Positions 35,574 to 45,433 of a stretch of 56,618 nucleotides of DNA are shown here, in pieces. Within the stretch, counting starts at the first letter, position 1. Each line of letters begins with the position of its first letter. A program made the position numbers and the translations under genes. Under the pieces are notes generated by a model. It was not told the DNA's origin. It worked only from the letters and a program-made list of their open reading frames with translations, and searched no databases. The DNA lies in contig JALXBH010000166.1 in NCBI GenBank assembly GCA_026991535.1, forward strand, positions 1 through 56,618, read 5' to 3'. This DNA comes from Calditrichia bacterium (GTDB lineage Bacteria; Calditrichota; Calditrichia; Calditrichales; J004).

Positions 35574-36160
35574 CAGATTAAATCCGCTACTTTGTGTTTA
35601 AGTTGTTCCTTTAAGGCTTTCCGGGCCGTGTACAGGCGCGACATCACCGTGCCCACGGGTATCTCCAGCATTTCGGCAATCTCCTGATAGCTGTATTCCT
35701 GAAATTCGCGCAACAGAATAATCTCTTTTTCCGCCGGTTTCAGGGAGTCTATCGCCTGCCAGACCTCCTTTTTCAGTTCCTCCTTTTCCAGCGGCCGGTC
35801 TTCCTCCACCACGGTATGGGAAAAGTCGAGAAAGGCCAGGTTTTGCAGCTTGGCCGTCCGGTTTTTTCGGTTGCGAATCTCATTGAGACTGAGATTTTTA
35901 ACGATCCGGTACAGCCAGGGGAAAAAAGGCTTTTGCAGGTCAAAACGGTTCAGACTGTAATAGGCCTTGGCAAAGGCCTCCTGCGAGATATCCAGCGCCT
36001 GCTCATGATTGTGCACAAAGCCCAGGGCAACGTAATAAGATCGTTGCATATAACGCTTAACAAGATGGCCGAAGGCCTGTTTGTTACCGTGCAAGGTTTC
36101 TTCCACCCAGTGTCTTTCCATAGCCTGACTCATTCCATCGCTTGATTTTGATTCATACAT
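35573..36160 (-). CDS. ECF-type RNA polymerase sigma-70 factor
   Basis: Region 2 (AFGHLVKRYMQRSYYVALGFV...DISQEAFAKAY, FFPWLYRIVKN) and region 4 HTH (YQEIAEMLEIPVGTVMSRLYTARKALK). Confidence 0.9.
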   Translation of the reverse strand: MYESKSSDGMSQAMERHWVEETLHGNKQAFGHLVKRYMQRSYYVALGFVHNHEQALDISQEAFAKAYYSLNRFDLQKPFFPWLYRIVKNLSLNEIRNRKNRTAKLQNLAFLDFSHTVVEEDRPLEKEELKKEVWQAIDSLKPAEKEIILLREFQEYSYQEIAEMLEIPVGTVMSRLYTARKALKEQLKHKVADLI

Positions 36161-36195
36161 AGCTATACACCGTAAAAATTAAAATATTCATTTTT

Positions 36196-37062
36196 TCAGG
36201 AATACCGTTGCAGGATTTTTAAAACGGAGGCATAGTATCCGCTTCCGAAGAGATTCAGGTGGTTAAAAAGGTGATAGAGTTCATACAAGGGCAACCGTTC
36301 CCGCCAGCCGGGTTGCAGGGGACAAGCCTCATCATAGGCTTGATAAAAAGATGAGGGAAATCCGCCGAACAGAGTGGTCATGCCCAGCTCCGCTTCACGA
36401 TGACCGTAATAGGCGGCCGGGTCGATCAGCCAGGGCCGCCCGTCGGCGCCGCACAGAAAATTTCCGCTCCACAGGTCGCCGTGCAACAGGGCCGGGGGCT
36501 CTTCCGTGCCGGCGATCAGGGAGGGAAAAACAGATTCAAACCGGCTAAAGGCTTTTATCAGCTCCGGGGAGGCATAGCCGTTTTTTTCCGCCAGGCGCAG
36601 TTGAAAGCGCAACCGCTTTTCCAGATAAAAATGGCTCCACTCCGTGGATTCCCGTCCCTGACCGGTCACATTTTCCTGTGGCGTATGGCCGATAAAATTA
36701 TCCTCGAAAAAACCAAAGCTTTCTCGGCTATGGCCATGCATCCCGGCCAGGGCCCGGCCAAAATGTTCGAAAAAACGGTTGCCGGCCCGGCCGGTTTCCA
36801 CCCGCTCCATGATCAGGTAATCGCTGCTTACAAAATGGACGGCGGGAATGGCCAGGGCTTTTGCCTTGCGCAATTCGCTCAGGCTGTTGGCTTCCGTGGG
36901 GAACATGCGCGGATGGCGCGCGCCCCATTTGGCGAAAAACTGCCGGCCATCGCTAAGTACCAGCCGGGCGGTTTGGGCAATGGAACCCGACGGGGCATGC
37001 GCCACCCGGGCGATGGAGAGGTGACATTCTTGTTCGATTTTTTCTTTAAGAAGGGAGTTCAT
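36196..37062 (-). CDS. Fructosamine/ketosamine-3-kinase family protein
   Basis: FFAKWG, catalytic LLHGDLWSGNFL, WLIDPAAYYGHREAEL. Confidence 0.85.
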   Translation of the reverse strand: MNSLLKEKIEQECHLSIARVAHAPSGSIAQTARLVLSDGRQFFAKWGARHPRMFPTEANSLSELRKAKALAIPAVHFVSSDYLIMERVETGRAGNRFFEHFGRALAGMHGHSRESFGFFEDNFIGHTPQENVTGQGRESTEWSHFYLEKRLRFQLRLAEKNGYASPELIKAFSRFESVFPSLIAGTEEPPALLHGDLWSGNFLCGADGRPWLIDPAAYYGHREAELGMTTLFGGFPSSFYQAYDEACPLQPGWRERLPLYELYHLFNHLNLFGSGYYASVLKILQRYS

Positions 37063-37528
37063 GGTCCTCTTTTATGCGCTCCAACAAGCCGGCGCAGGCG
37101 TCTTCCAAAATATCCAGTACCTCTTCAAAACCCTGCGGGCCGCCGTAATAGGGGTCGGGCACAACCGAGTGGGTACATTCCCGGCAGAAATCGGTCATTT
37201 TGAAAATCCTGGAGCGATGGATGCCGCCATAATCCAGGCTGTGCAGATCGGCCAGATTCTGGTCATCCATGGCGATGACATAGTCAAAGGACGCCAGGTC
37301 TTCCGGGGTGACCGCCCTGCTGATACTGGTAAGCTCATAGCCCCGCCGGATGGCGTGGGCCTTCATGCGCCTGTCCGCGCCCTGCCCGGCATGCCAGCCG
37401 ATGATACCGGCGGAATCGATGTGAAAGTCATCTTCGAGACCGGCCTCTTGCACCATTTTTCTGAAAACAGCCTCGCCCGAGGGTGAACGGCATATATTAC
37501 CCAGACAAACAAACAGTACGGAAATCAT
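37046..37528 (-). CDS. Low-molecular-weight protein-tyrosine phosphatase
   Basis: P-loop VLFVCLGNICRSP and a DPYYG Asp loop. 17-nt overlap with the downstream kinase gene. Confidence 0.92.
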   Translation of the reverse strand: MISVLFVCLGNICRSPSGEAVFRKMVQEAGLEDDFHIDSAGIIGWHAGQGADRRMKAHAIRRGYELTSISRAVTPEDLASFDYVIAMDDQNLADLHSLDYGGIHRSRIFKMTDFCRECTHSVVPDPYYGGPQGFEEVLDILEDACAGLLERIKEDHELPS

Positions 37529-38172
37529 CAGGATTGCAACCTCACATGAATTTTAGCGGCCACCTCGCGGGAGAGGGCCAGAAATTTTTTACCGTTGCCA
37601 ATAAGAAAGACATCGTTGCCCGGCGGTATTTCAATCATCGTCCACAGGGAACCGGCCACCAGGTCGCGGCTGGTATAAAAACGGGTTTCCTCCGGGGTCA
37701 GGCTGGTTTTTTTTACAACAAAAGATTTGGAGGCTTCCACATTGGGCAGGGTGGTGGTGCGCTGAATGTCCCAGTCGGGGATATCCGAGCCGTGGGGGTC
37801 CTTGGTGGGGAAGCCCAGAAAGTGATCTATGCGGTACATGAGCTGGTCGGAAATAACATGTTCCAGCCGCTCGGCCTCTTCATGGATTTGCTGTTCATTC
37901 ATATCCAGCACCCGTCCCAGAAAGGTTTCGATCAGCCGGTGTTTGCGCACCAGTTTACGGGCAGCGTCTTCCCCGGCGGGGGAGAGCAGGGCGCCGGCGC
38001 TTTTGTTATAGGTGATCATGCCCAGTTTTTCCAACTGGCGGAACATGGCCAGCACCGTGGGGGGCTTTATGTTAAGTTCATCGGCCACCACCTTGCCGGT
38101 GGCCCGGATACGCTTTTGTTCCAGATGCCAGATGATCTTCAGATAATTTTCCTGGCTGGCGGAAAAGGGCAT
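37528..38172 (-). CDS. DtxR/MntR-family metal-dependent repressor with C-terminal FeoA-like domain
   Basis: SQENYLKIIWHLE wHTH start, dimerisation/metal region RKHRLIETFL...EEAERLEHV, SH3-like FeoA tail. Confidence 0.85.
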   Translation of the reverse strand: MPFSASQENYLKIIWHLEQKRIRATGKVVADELNIKPPTVLAMFRQLEKLGMITYNKSAGALLSPAGEDAARKLVRKHRLIETFLGRVLDMNEQQIHEEAERLEHVISDQLMYRIDHFLGFPTKDPHGSDIPDWDIQRTTTLPNVEASKSFVVKKTSLTPEETRFYTSRDLVAGSLWTMIEIPPGNDVFLIGNGKKFLALSREVAAKIHVRLQS

Positions 38173-38363
38173 AGTGCTGCTCTCTGTTATTTTTTCTTCG
38201 TAAAGATAATATTTTTTTTTCTGAGAAAAAAAGCTAAATGGCAGTGGGAGCGGGGAATCGCAGACGATTTGCCGCCGGGCCGGGCAAAAAAACAGGGCAT
38301 CATTACAGGAAAATATTTAACTTCCCGCCTGAGTTCACGGAAACCGAAAATTAAGGATACGCG

Positions 38364-38816
38364 ATGAAAGAAGTGAAAATATACACCGACGGGGCCTGCT
38401 CGGGCAATCCCGGGCCGGGAGGCTATGGCGCCATACTTAAATTTGGCGATACGGCAAAGGAGCTTTCCGCCGGATATAAAAACACCACCAATAACCGCAT
38501 GGAGATGCGGGCGCTGATCGCCGCGCTGGAAAGTTTAAAAGAACCCTGTAAGGTGGATATCTATTCCGACTCCAAATATATCGTCGATGCCATCAACCAG
38601 GGCTGGGCCCGGCGCTGGCGGGCCAACGGCTGGATGCGCAATAAAAAAGATCCGGCCCTGAATGTGGATTTATGGGATAAACTGTTGAAGTTGCTGGAAA
38701 AACACCCTTACCGCATAAGCTGGGTTAAGGGCCATGCCGGCCATCCCGAAAACGAACGCTGTGATGAACTGGCGGTTGCCGCCATTCAAAGCGACACCCT
38801 GCTGGATGACCGCTAA
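38364..38816 (+). CDS. rnhA: Ribonuclease HI
   Basis: VKIYTDGACSGNPGPGGYG, NNRMEM, YSDSKY, WVKGHAGHPENERCDELA. Confidence 0.93.
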   Translation: MKEVKIYTDGACSGNPGPGGYGAILKFGDTAKELSAGYKNTTNNRMEMRALIAALESLKEPCKVDIYSDSKYIVDAINQGWARRWRANGWMRNKKDPALNVDLWDKLLKLLEKHPYRISWVKGHAGHPENERCDELAVAAIQSDTLLDDR

Positions 38817-38875
38817 ACAGGCCGGGCAAGGCCTGCAATATGCCCCCCGGTTTCTGGTTTTGTTCCAATCAGGAT

Positions 38876-38985
38876 AAGTCCGTATGCAAAAGGTCTTTGA
38901 TCGCACGGTATAAAAGTCCGGTTTTGGCCGCCCGTTACAGAGTTCGATGCCACCATGCCACTGCGTGGTACGGACTTTTGTTCTG
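38876..38985 (+). other. Candidate structured RNA / complex terminator between convergent genes
   Basis: Two 5' arms, aagtccgta (38876..38884) and aaaagtccg (38912..38920), are each perfectly complementary over 9 nt to one 3' arm tacggactttt (38969..38979). That arm is followed by a U-rich tail. Confidence 0.35.
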
Positions 38986-39030
38986 TATTGCAAGTAAACC
39001 TGTGGCTTAGGGCTATCGCTTTCCCCCTTA

Positions 39031-39066
39031 AAATAAAAAAAGCGCGGCAGAATAAACCGCCGCGCT
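39031..39066 (-). terminator. Rho-independent terminator of the S8 peptidase gene
   Basis: Stem agcgcggc / gccgcgct (39041..39048 and 39059..39066). The A-run at 39034..39041 gives the U-tail on the minus strand. Confidence 0.8.
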
Positions 39067-39110
39067 TCTCCGAGCCTCCAAAAGAGGAACATTACCCGAA
39101 GGTCAATCTC

Positions 39111-41303
39111 CTACTTCATTAAAATCATTTTTCCTGATTTTTGAAATTCATTGGTAACAACCCGGTAAATATACATGCCGGAAGGCATGGCGTTGCCAAG
39201 GTTATTGGTTCCGTTCCAGTTAAATTTGTAAACGCCGCTGCCCAGATTGCCCGAATAGAGGGTTTTAACCTTTTTACCCAGCAGGTCATAAATCTCAACC
39301 GAAACCGCCGTGGTTTCACCGTTAAGGGAAGGGATGCTCAGGCTGAAGTTGGTTGAGGGGTTAAAGGGATTGGGATAGTTGGCGCTCAGCGCGTAACTGG
39401 CGGGTATCTGGTTTACGGGCAGGCTTTTACCGGGACTTACAAAAACGGAAATGGGGCCATGGTCGGTGGCCACACCGTTATTGTCGATATCCTTTAACAG
39501 ATACCAGTAGGAACGCGATTCGGTCACATTGCGGTCGGTAAAGGAGTAGTCCTTGCCCGAGGAGGAGGTACCCAGCCCGCGCAGATTGCTGTAATCGTTA
39601 TAGTCGGCCAGTTTTTCAAAGGGGCCGTTTTCGCTATCGGAGCGGTAGACGGCAAAACCGATATTGTCTATTTCGCTGGCGGTTTTCCAGTTCAGGGTAA
39701 CGATGCCATTGGCCGAACTGGCCGTAAAGGAGGTCAGCTCCACCGGCAGGGCCTGGTCGGCGGATTGAACGGCGGCAAAGGCGTTTACCCGTCCGGCTCC
39801 CAGCTTGCCTATATAGGCGGCGTTGCCGGCAATGCCTTCTATGTCATCGGCGGTATTATACAGGGTCTGCTCTACCTCGGTGGCGGTAAGGGCGTTGTTA
39901 TGGCTCCATACCAGAGCGGCCACGGAAGCAGTTGCCGGGGTGGCCATGGAGGTGCCGCTTAAAAAGGCCACCTTATCATTGGCGTCGTCATTGGGATCGT
40001 GATAGGTACTCATGATCTGGTCGCCGGGGGCGGAAATATCCACAAAGGTGCCGTAGGTGGAAAAGCTGGCCTTAACATCGTTGGAATCGGTGGCGGCCAC
40101 GCCGATAACATCGCTGCGATCCAGCATGTAGTCGGAGTCTTCATTATCGTCGTTACCGGCTGCTTTAAAGATAAGACGCAGTTGTGGCTCATTACCGGTA
40201 GGGGTAGTGGTTCCGTAAAGGTAGTAATCTATGGCTTCACCCAGTCCACCGGTGTTGGAGGAACCCCAGCTGCAATTGGCGATCTTGGCGCCGTTGTCGG
40301 CGGCGTAAATAAAGGCGTTGGCGGCAAAGTCCATGCCTACAAAACCAAGACCGAACAGGTCGTTCCAGCCGATGCGCAGGGCCATCAGCTGAACGCCGTT
40401 ACCCTGGCCGCCGGTCTCGCCATCACCCCCGGCGATGCTGGTTACGGCATATCCGTTGTTGGAGATGGCGCCGATGGTGCCCATGGTGTGGGTACCGTGT
40501 CCGTTATGGTCGCTGGGATCGTTGTCTTCCACGTCATAGTCGTCACCCACGTCAAAGTTTTGCGGATTGCCGGTTACAAAGTCCCAACCGATCCAGTCAT
40601 CGATATAACCGTTGCCGTCGTCATCCACGTTGGCCACGCCGTTCAGTTCGGCCTGATTGATCCACATGTTCCCCCGGGAAGCGCCCTTATTGGTGGAAGA
40701 TGCGTTGGCGCCGCCCAGATCTTTATGATAGTAGCGGAAACCGCTGTCCAGGTCGGCCACGATAATGCTGTTATTGCCCCGCGCAATATCCCAGGCTTCG
40801 GGGGCGTCCACATCATGGTCGGAAACGTGGTTCAGATACCACATGTCTCCGGCGGTATAGTTGGGGTCGTTGGGCGTTACCACGCTAAAGGGGTGAATGC
40901 CGATTACCTGCGCGTCGGCCACGCCCGTTAGCAGTTTATACTGTTGCACGGCGGCGTAAACATCTACATCGCTGTTAAAACGGATTTTGAACCAGCCCAA
41001 AAGGTTCATGGGGCGGCCGTATATATCCACGCTTTTGGCCGTGGGGAACTGCTGCCACAGTCCGGCCACACCCAGTTGTCCGGCCAGTTGATCCACCTCG
41101 TCTATGCCGGTAAGTCCCTGGTTGCGTGCCTTGTCCAGATCGAACTGCTGCCACAGCTCTTTGGAAAACTTAACACTGATTTCCCGCTGTTTTACCGAAG
41201 CCTCGGCCTTGGCGCCGGAAGAAGCGGCGGACGGGACAACCGCCCAGGAGAGGGACAGGGTCATTAAAAGGGTTAAAAGAATGGTAGTAATGCGCATAGA
41301 CAT
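39111..41303 (-). CDS. Subtilisin-like S8 serine peptidase with pro-region and T9SS C-terminal sorting domain
   Basis: Catalytic triad motifs VADLDSG, HGTHTMGTIGA, GTSMATP. CTD NYPNPFNPSTNFSLSIP...SGMYIYRV. Confidence 0.92.
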   Translation of the reverse strand: MSMRITTILLTLLMTLSLSWAVVPSAASSGAKAEASVKQREISVKFSKELWQQFDLDKARNQGLTGIDEVDQLAGQLGVAGLWQQFPTAKSVDIYGRPMNLLGWFKIRFNSDVDVYAAVQQYKLLTGVADAQVIGIHPFSVVTPNDPNYTAGDMWYLNHVSDHDVDAPEAWDIARGNNSIIVADLDSGFRYYHKDLGGANASSTNKGASRGNMWINQAELNGVANVDDDGNGYIDDWIGWDFVTGNPQNFDVGDDYDVEDNDPSDHNGHGTHTMGTIGAISNNGYAVTSIAGGDGETGGQGNGVQLMALRIGWNDLFGLGFVGMDFAANAFIYAADNGAKIANCSWGSSNTGGLGEAIDYYLYGTTTPTGNEPQLRLIFKAAGNDDNEDSDYMLDRSDVIGVAATDSNDVKASFSTYGTFVDISAPGDQIMSTYHDPNDDANDKVAFLSGTSMATPATASVAALVWSHNNALTATEVEQTLYNTADDIEGIAGNAAYIGKLGAGRVNAFAAVQSADQALPVELTSFTASSANGIVTLNWKTASEIDNIGFAVYRSDSENGPFEKLADYNDYSNLRGLGTSSSGKDYSFTDRNVTESRSYWYLLKDIDNNGVATDHGPISVFVSPGKSLPVNQIPASYALSANYPNPFNPSTNFSLSIPSLNGETTAVSVEIYDLLGKKVKTLYSGNLGSGVYKFNWNGTNNLGNAMPSGMYIYRVVTNEFQKSGKMILMK

Positions 41304-41321
41304 CTCCTCAAATTAATTGGG

Positions 41322-41732
41322 TTAAACAAACAGGGGTTTCTTTTTTACTTCCTCAAAAGCCAATGTTTTTACGCCGATGATCTGGGCCTGCTCAACCACA
41401 GGTAGTTGTTCAAAATCGTGAACGATATCCGCCGCCTCCAATTCCGAATCAAAATAAAGAATCAGCCACTGTTCTTCCGTACCGCCGTTGATATTAGGAT
41501 CGGTATAGGGGACGATGGCCCGTGTGTTGATGGACGAGGCCAGGGTATCAAACTTTTTATTGCCTATGGATACATTATGCGCCAAGGATTCCATATCAAT
41601 TTGTTTTTGCATGTCCGCAGTCAGCCTGATGGCAATGACCTGCTTTTCCCAGCGTGTCATAACCGTGTTTTGCGCAAATAGGGGCGTTAAGCCGCAAAAA
41701 GATATAAGAAACAGAATTAATATCCTTTTCAT
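41322..41732 (-). CDS. Small secreted protein resembling the pro-region of the adjacent S8 peptidase
   Basis: Signal peptide MKRILILFLISFCGLTPLFAQ. By-eye alignment to peptidase residues about 35-135, both ending AQ(I/V)IG. The ORF is open to 41867. Confidence 0.6.
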   Translation of the reverse strand: MKRILILFLISFCGLTPLFAQNTVMTRWEKQVIAIRLTADMQKQIDMESLAHNVSIGNKKFDTLASSINTRAIVPYTDPNINGGTEEQWLILYFDSELEAADIVHDFEQLPVVEQAQIIGVKTLAFEEVKKKPLFV

Positions 41733-41987
41733 AGTGGCAATCCTTGCATTTTCGGGCGTCCGTGCCCTGAACGTGTTTTGTTTGTTTTGTATCCCTAAAG
41801 GCAGGAACATTTGTAGATGATTGCCATTATAAGCCGCGCGCCTATCGGCCATTGTGACCAATGTCATTAGAAAAAAAATAATTTTTATTTTTATCTGACC
41901 GGATTCTGTTCATATATGGCTAAATTAATGGGGAAAGCGTATATTAGGCGCCTTGTATTTAATCTTGATGGAATCATAAATACCTGC

Positions 41988-44813
41988 ATGGCAAAAAAAA
42001 ATCAGATCGTTGTAAAAGGCGCGCGCGAGCACAATTTAAAAAATATTGACGTCAGCATCCCCAGGGATAAACTGGTGGTGATTACCGGCCTTTCGGGCAG
42101 CGGGAAATCCAGCCTGGCCTTCGATACCCTGTATGCCGAGGGTCAACGGCGTTATGTGGAATCGCTTTCGGCCTACGCCCGTCAGTTTTTGGGTTTGATG
42201 GAAAAACCGGATGTCGATTACATAGACGGTCTTTCTCCGGCGGTTTCCATCGAGCAAAAATCCACCAGCCGCAACCCAAGATCCACCGTGGGCACGGTTA
42301 CGGAAATTTACGACTATCTGCGTCTGCTCTTTGCCCGGGTGGGCGCCCTGCATTCACCGGTTACCGGCAAACCCCTGCAAAAACAGACCGTGCAGCAAAT
42401 TGCCGACGCCATCCTTTCCTGGGAAAAGGGCACGCGCATCCAGGTGTTGGCTCCGGTGGTGCGTGGACGCAAGGGGGAATATCTGGAGATGTTCCGGCAA
42501 CTGCGCAAGGAGGGCTACCTGCGGGTGCGGGTGGACGGACAGATGTTTATGCTGGAAGATACCATCGAGCTGGATAAAAAACGTAAACATGACATCGAAG
42601 TGGTGGTCGACCGCCTGGTGATAGATGAAACCATGCTCAAGCGACTGACCGAGTCGGTGGAACTGGCCTTAAAGCTGGGCGAGGGTATTTTGTATATACA
42701 CCGCCTGGATAGCGACAGCATCGAGCTGTTTAGTGAGCACTATTATGATCCGGCCACGGGTAAATCCTACGAAGAGCCCGCGCCGCGTCTTTTTTCCTTT
42801 AACAGTCCCTGGGGCGCCTGCCCCCATTGCGACGGTTTGGGTTTCCTTACGGAGATAGACCCCGGACTGATTGTTCCCGATGAAAATCTTTCCATAAGCG
42901 AGGGAGCTATTAAGGTGCTCACTCCCCGCAGCGAGGGCTGGAATTATGAAATGGTGGAGGCTATTGCCCGTCAAAAAGGGTTTAAAATGACCACCCCCTG
43001 GAAAAAACTGCCCGAGGATGTGCGCCATATTTTATTGTATGGCATGGGTGAGGAAAAGATAACCTTCCGTTATAAGCGACGCACGGGCTATGTGGAATGG
43101 TCCAGCACGTATGAGGGCGTGGTTAACAACCTTAAGCGCCGCTACAAGCAAACAGGTTCGATGAATATTCGCCGCTGGATAGAGGGGTTTATGAACAACA
43201 TTCCCTGCGAGACCTGCGGCGGGGCCCGTCTGCGTCCCGAGGCTCTGGCGGTAAGGATTGACAATAAAAATATCGATGAGATTACGCGTTATTCCATAGG
43301 CGAGGCGTCGGCCTTTTTTAACGGATTGCGTTTAACCCCGCAAAAGGAGAAGATCGCGCATCAGATATTGAAAGAGGTGCGTCTGCGTTTTCAGTTTTTA
43401 ATGGATGTCGGGCTGGAATATCTCAGCCTGAACCGGGCGGCGGGTACCCTTTCCGGAGGCGAGGCGCAACGCATCCGCTTGGCCACCCAAATTGGCTCGC
43501 AACTGATGGGCGTGCTCTATATTCTCGATGAACCGAGTATCGGACTGCATCAAAGGGATAATGCCCGGCTGATTAGCACCTTGTTGCATTTGCGCGATTT
43601 GGGTAATACGGTTTTGGTAGTGGAGCACGATAAGGAAACCATGGAGGCGGCCGATTACATCATCGACCTGGGCCCGCGTGCCGGCAGACATGGCGGTGAA
43701 GTGGTGGCGGCGGGAAGCGCGGCTAAAATAAAAAAATCGGCTAAAAGTCTGACCGGGAAATATCTTAGCGGCGCATTGAAAATCCCTGTTCCTTCCAAAA
43801 GACGCAAGGGTAACGGGCTCTTTTTACAATTAAAGGGGGCACGGGGCAACAATCTTAAAAATGTATCGGTGCGATTTCCCCTGGGCGTCTTTATTTGCGT
43901 TACCGGGGTAAGCGGCTCCGGTAAAAGTTCCCTGGTTAACGAAACCCTCTATGCCGCCCTGTCTCGCCATTTTTACGGCAGCAAAAAAAATCCGCTGCCC
44001 TATACATCCCTGGAGGGGTTGGAGCATATCGATAAGGTGATTGATCTGGATCAGTCGCCCATCGGCCGTACGCCGCGTTCTAATCCGGCGACCTATACCG
44101 GTCTGTTCGGCCCTATCCGTGATCTGTTCAGCCAGTTGCCGGAATCTAAAATCCGCGGCTATAAACCCGGGCGCTTCAGTTTTAATGTAAAAGGTGGCCG
44201 TTGCGAGGCCTGCGAGGGCGACGGGGTTAAAAAAATTGAGATGCATTTTTTACCCGATGTTTATGTGCAGTGCGAGGTATGCAAGGGGCGGCGCTATAAC
44301 AGGGAAACGCTGGATATCCGTTATAAGGGTAAATCCATCGCCGATGTGTTGGAAATGACCGTGGATCAGGCGCTGGAGTTTATGCAAAATATCCCTTCGG
44401 TAAAGCGCCGTTTGCAAACCCTGTCCGATGTGGGACTGGGTTATATTCATCTGGGGCAGGCGGCCACCACCCTTTCCGGCGGCGAGGCCCAACGGGTTAA
44501 GCTGGCCACGGAGCTTTCCAAGGTACAAACGGGCCGTACCTTTTATATTCTGGATGAGCCGACCACCGGTCTCCATTTTGAGGATATCCGCCTGTTGTTG
44601 GACGTTCTGACCTCTCTGGTGGATCGGGGTAATACGGTATTGGTGATAGAGCACAATCTGGATGTGATAAAAACCGCGGATTGGATCATCGACGTCGGTC
44701 CCGAAGGGGGGCATCGTGGAGGCACTATTGTGGCCAGGGGCACTCCGGAAAAGGTGGCCGGGACGGAAAAATCTCATACCGGGCGGTTTTTAAGAAAAGA
44801 GCTGGGGGGGTGA
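41988..44813 (+). CDS. uvrA: Excinuclease ABC subunit A
   Basis: [14 protein letters not shown], two ABC modules ([20 protein letters not shown], two LSGGEAQR), zinc modules [22 protein letters not shown]...CEVCKG. Start at MAKKNQ; the ORF is open from 41916. Confidence 0.96.
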   Translation: MAKKNQIVVKGAREHNLKNIDVSIPRDKLVVITGLSGSGKSSLAFDTLYAEGQRRYVESLSAYARQFLGLMEKPDVDYIDGLSPAVSIEQKSTSRNPRSTVGTVTEIYDYLRLLFARVGALHSPVTGKPLQKQTVQQIADAILSWEKGTRIQVLAPVVRGRKGEYLEMFRQLRKEGYLRVRVDGQMFMLEDTIELDKKRKHDIEVVVDRLVIDETMLKRLTESVELALKLGEGILYIHRLDSDSIELFSEHYYDPATGKSYEEPAPRLFSFNSPWGACPHCDGLGFLTEIDPGLIVPDENLSISEGAIKVLTPRSEGWNYEMVEAIARQKGFKMTTPWKKLPEDVRHILLYGMGEEKITFRYKRRTGYVEWSSTYEGVVNNLKRRYKQTGSMNIRRWIEGFMNNIPCETCGGARLRPEALAVRIDNKNIDEITRYSIGEASAFFNGLRLTPQKEKIAHQILKEVRLRFQFLMDVGLEYLSLNRAAGTLSGGEAQRIRLATQIGSQLMGVLYILDEPSIGLHQRDNARLISTLLHLRDLGNTVLVVEHDKETMEAADYIIDLGPRAGRHGGEVVAAGSAAKIKKSAKSLTGKYLSGALKIPVPSKRRKGNGLFLQLKGARGNNLKNVSVRFPLGVFICVTGVSGSGKSSLVNETLYAALSRHFYGSKKNPLPYTSLEGLEHIDKVIDLDQSPIGRTPRSNPATYTGLFGPIRDLFSQLPESKIRGYKPGRFSFNVKGGRCEACEGDGVKKIEMHFLPDVYVQCEVCKGRRYNRETLDIRYKGKSIADVLEMTVDQALEFMQNIPSVKRRLQTLSDVGLGYIHLGQAATTLSGGEAQRVKLATELSKVQTGRTFYILDEPTTGLHFEDIRLLLDVLTSLVDRGNTVLVIEHNLDVIKTADWIIDVGPEGGHRGGTIVARGTPEKVAGTEKSHTGRFLRKELGG

Positions 44814-44815
44814 GC

Positions 44816-45433
44816 ATGGATCATCTGTTTTTTTATCTGGCCGCTCCTGTTGTCGCCTATCTTTTTGGCAGTCTGCCCACGGCTTATCTGTTGATCCGCT
44901 TTTTTAAAAAGCAGGATATCCGCCAAACGGGCAGCGGTAATGTGGGCGCGCTCAATACCTATCGTAGCAGTAAAAAACCGGCTCTGGCTTTGGTGGTTTT
45001 GCTTGTGGATGCCCTGAAGGGTTATATACCGGTAATCCTGTTTAGCAGCCTGACCCGGACCGACGGTCTGATGCTTATGCTTATAGGGGCGGGCGCGGTT
45101 TTGGGGCATACCTTTCCCGTCTGGCTCCGTTTTAGGGGTGGGCGGGGGCTGGCGGTTACCGCCGGTTTCTTTCTGGCGGTCGATCCGTACGTACCCGCCC
45201 TTTGGGTGCTTGTATGGCTGATCTATTTTCTGATGATACGTAAGCATATCGTGGCCAGCCTGATCGCTACATTTTTGTTGCCATTGATTATCTTTTTTAT
45301 GCAGGACAGCTACTTTGACCTTACCGATCTTTTGATTATTTTACCTGTTTCGTTTGTTATATTTTTAAAACATATCGAGCGGCTTCCCGATGTAATCTTC
45401 GGGGGGACGGCTCATAAAAAGGAGCCTGAATAA
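44816..45433 (+). CDS. plsY: Glycerol-3-phosphate acyltransferase PlsY
   Basis: YLFGSLPTAYLL...DIRQTGSGNVGALN, GHTFPVWLRFRGGRG. ATG 2 nt after the uvrA stop. Confidence 0.9.
   Translation: MDHLFFYLAAPVVAYLFGSLPTAYLLIRFFKKQDIRQTGSGNVGALNTYRSSKKPALALVVLLVDALKGYIPVILFSSLTRTDGLMLMLIGAGAVLGHTFPVWLRFRGGRGLAVTAGFFLAVDPYVPALWVLVWLIYFLMIRKHIVASLIATFLLPLIIFFMQDSYFDLTDLLIILPVSFVIFLKHIERLPDVIFGGTAHKKEPE

Noticed and set aside
36400-38367. Two long plus-strand ORFs (36400..37203, 37483..38367) opposite the kinase / LMW-PTP / DtxR/MntR-family repressor operon
   Set aside because: The minus-strand genes have clear catalytic and HTH motifs and overlap-coupled starts. The plus-strand products are featureless.
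38940-38951. tRNA T-loop-like string gagttcgatgcc
   Set aside because: The flanking bases do not form a T-stem, and no acceptor or anticodon arms can be drawn. It is not a tRNA or tmRNA.
38670-39092. 140-aa minus-strand ORF spanning the rnhA 3' end and the convergent intergenic region
   Set aside because: It overlaps the rnhA coding sequence and runs through the peptidase terminator. It has no SD and no motif. The region is better explained as non-coding (see the RNA-like element).
39999-40931. 310-aa ORF antisense to the S8 peptidase
   Set aside because: Gly/Val-rich antisense artefact. The sense frame holds the D-H-S triad motifs.
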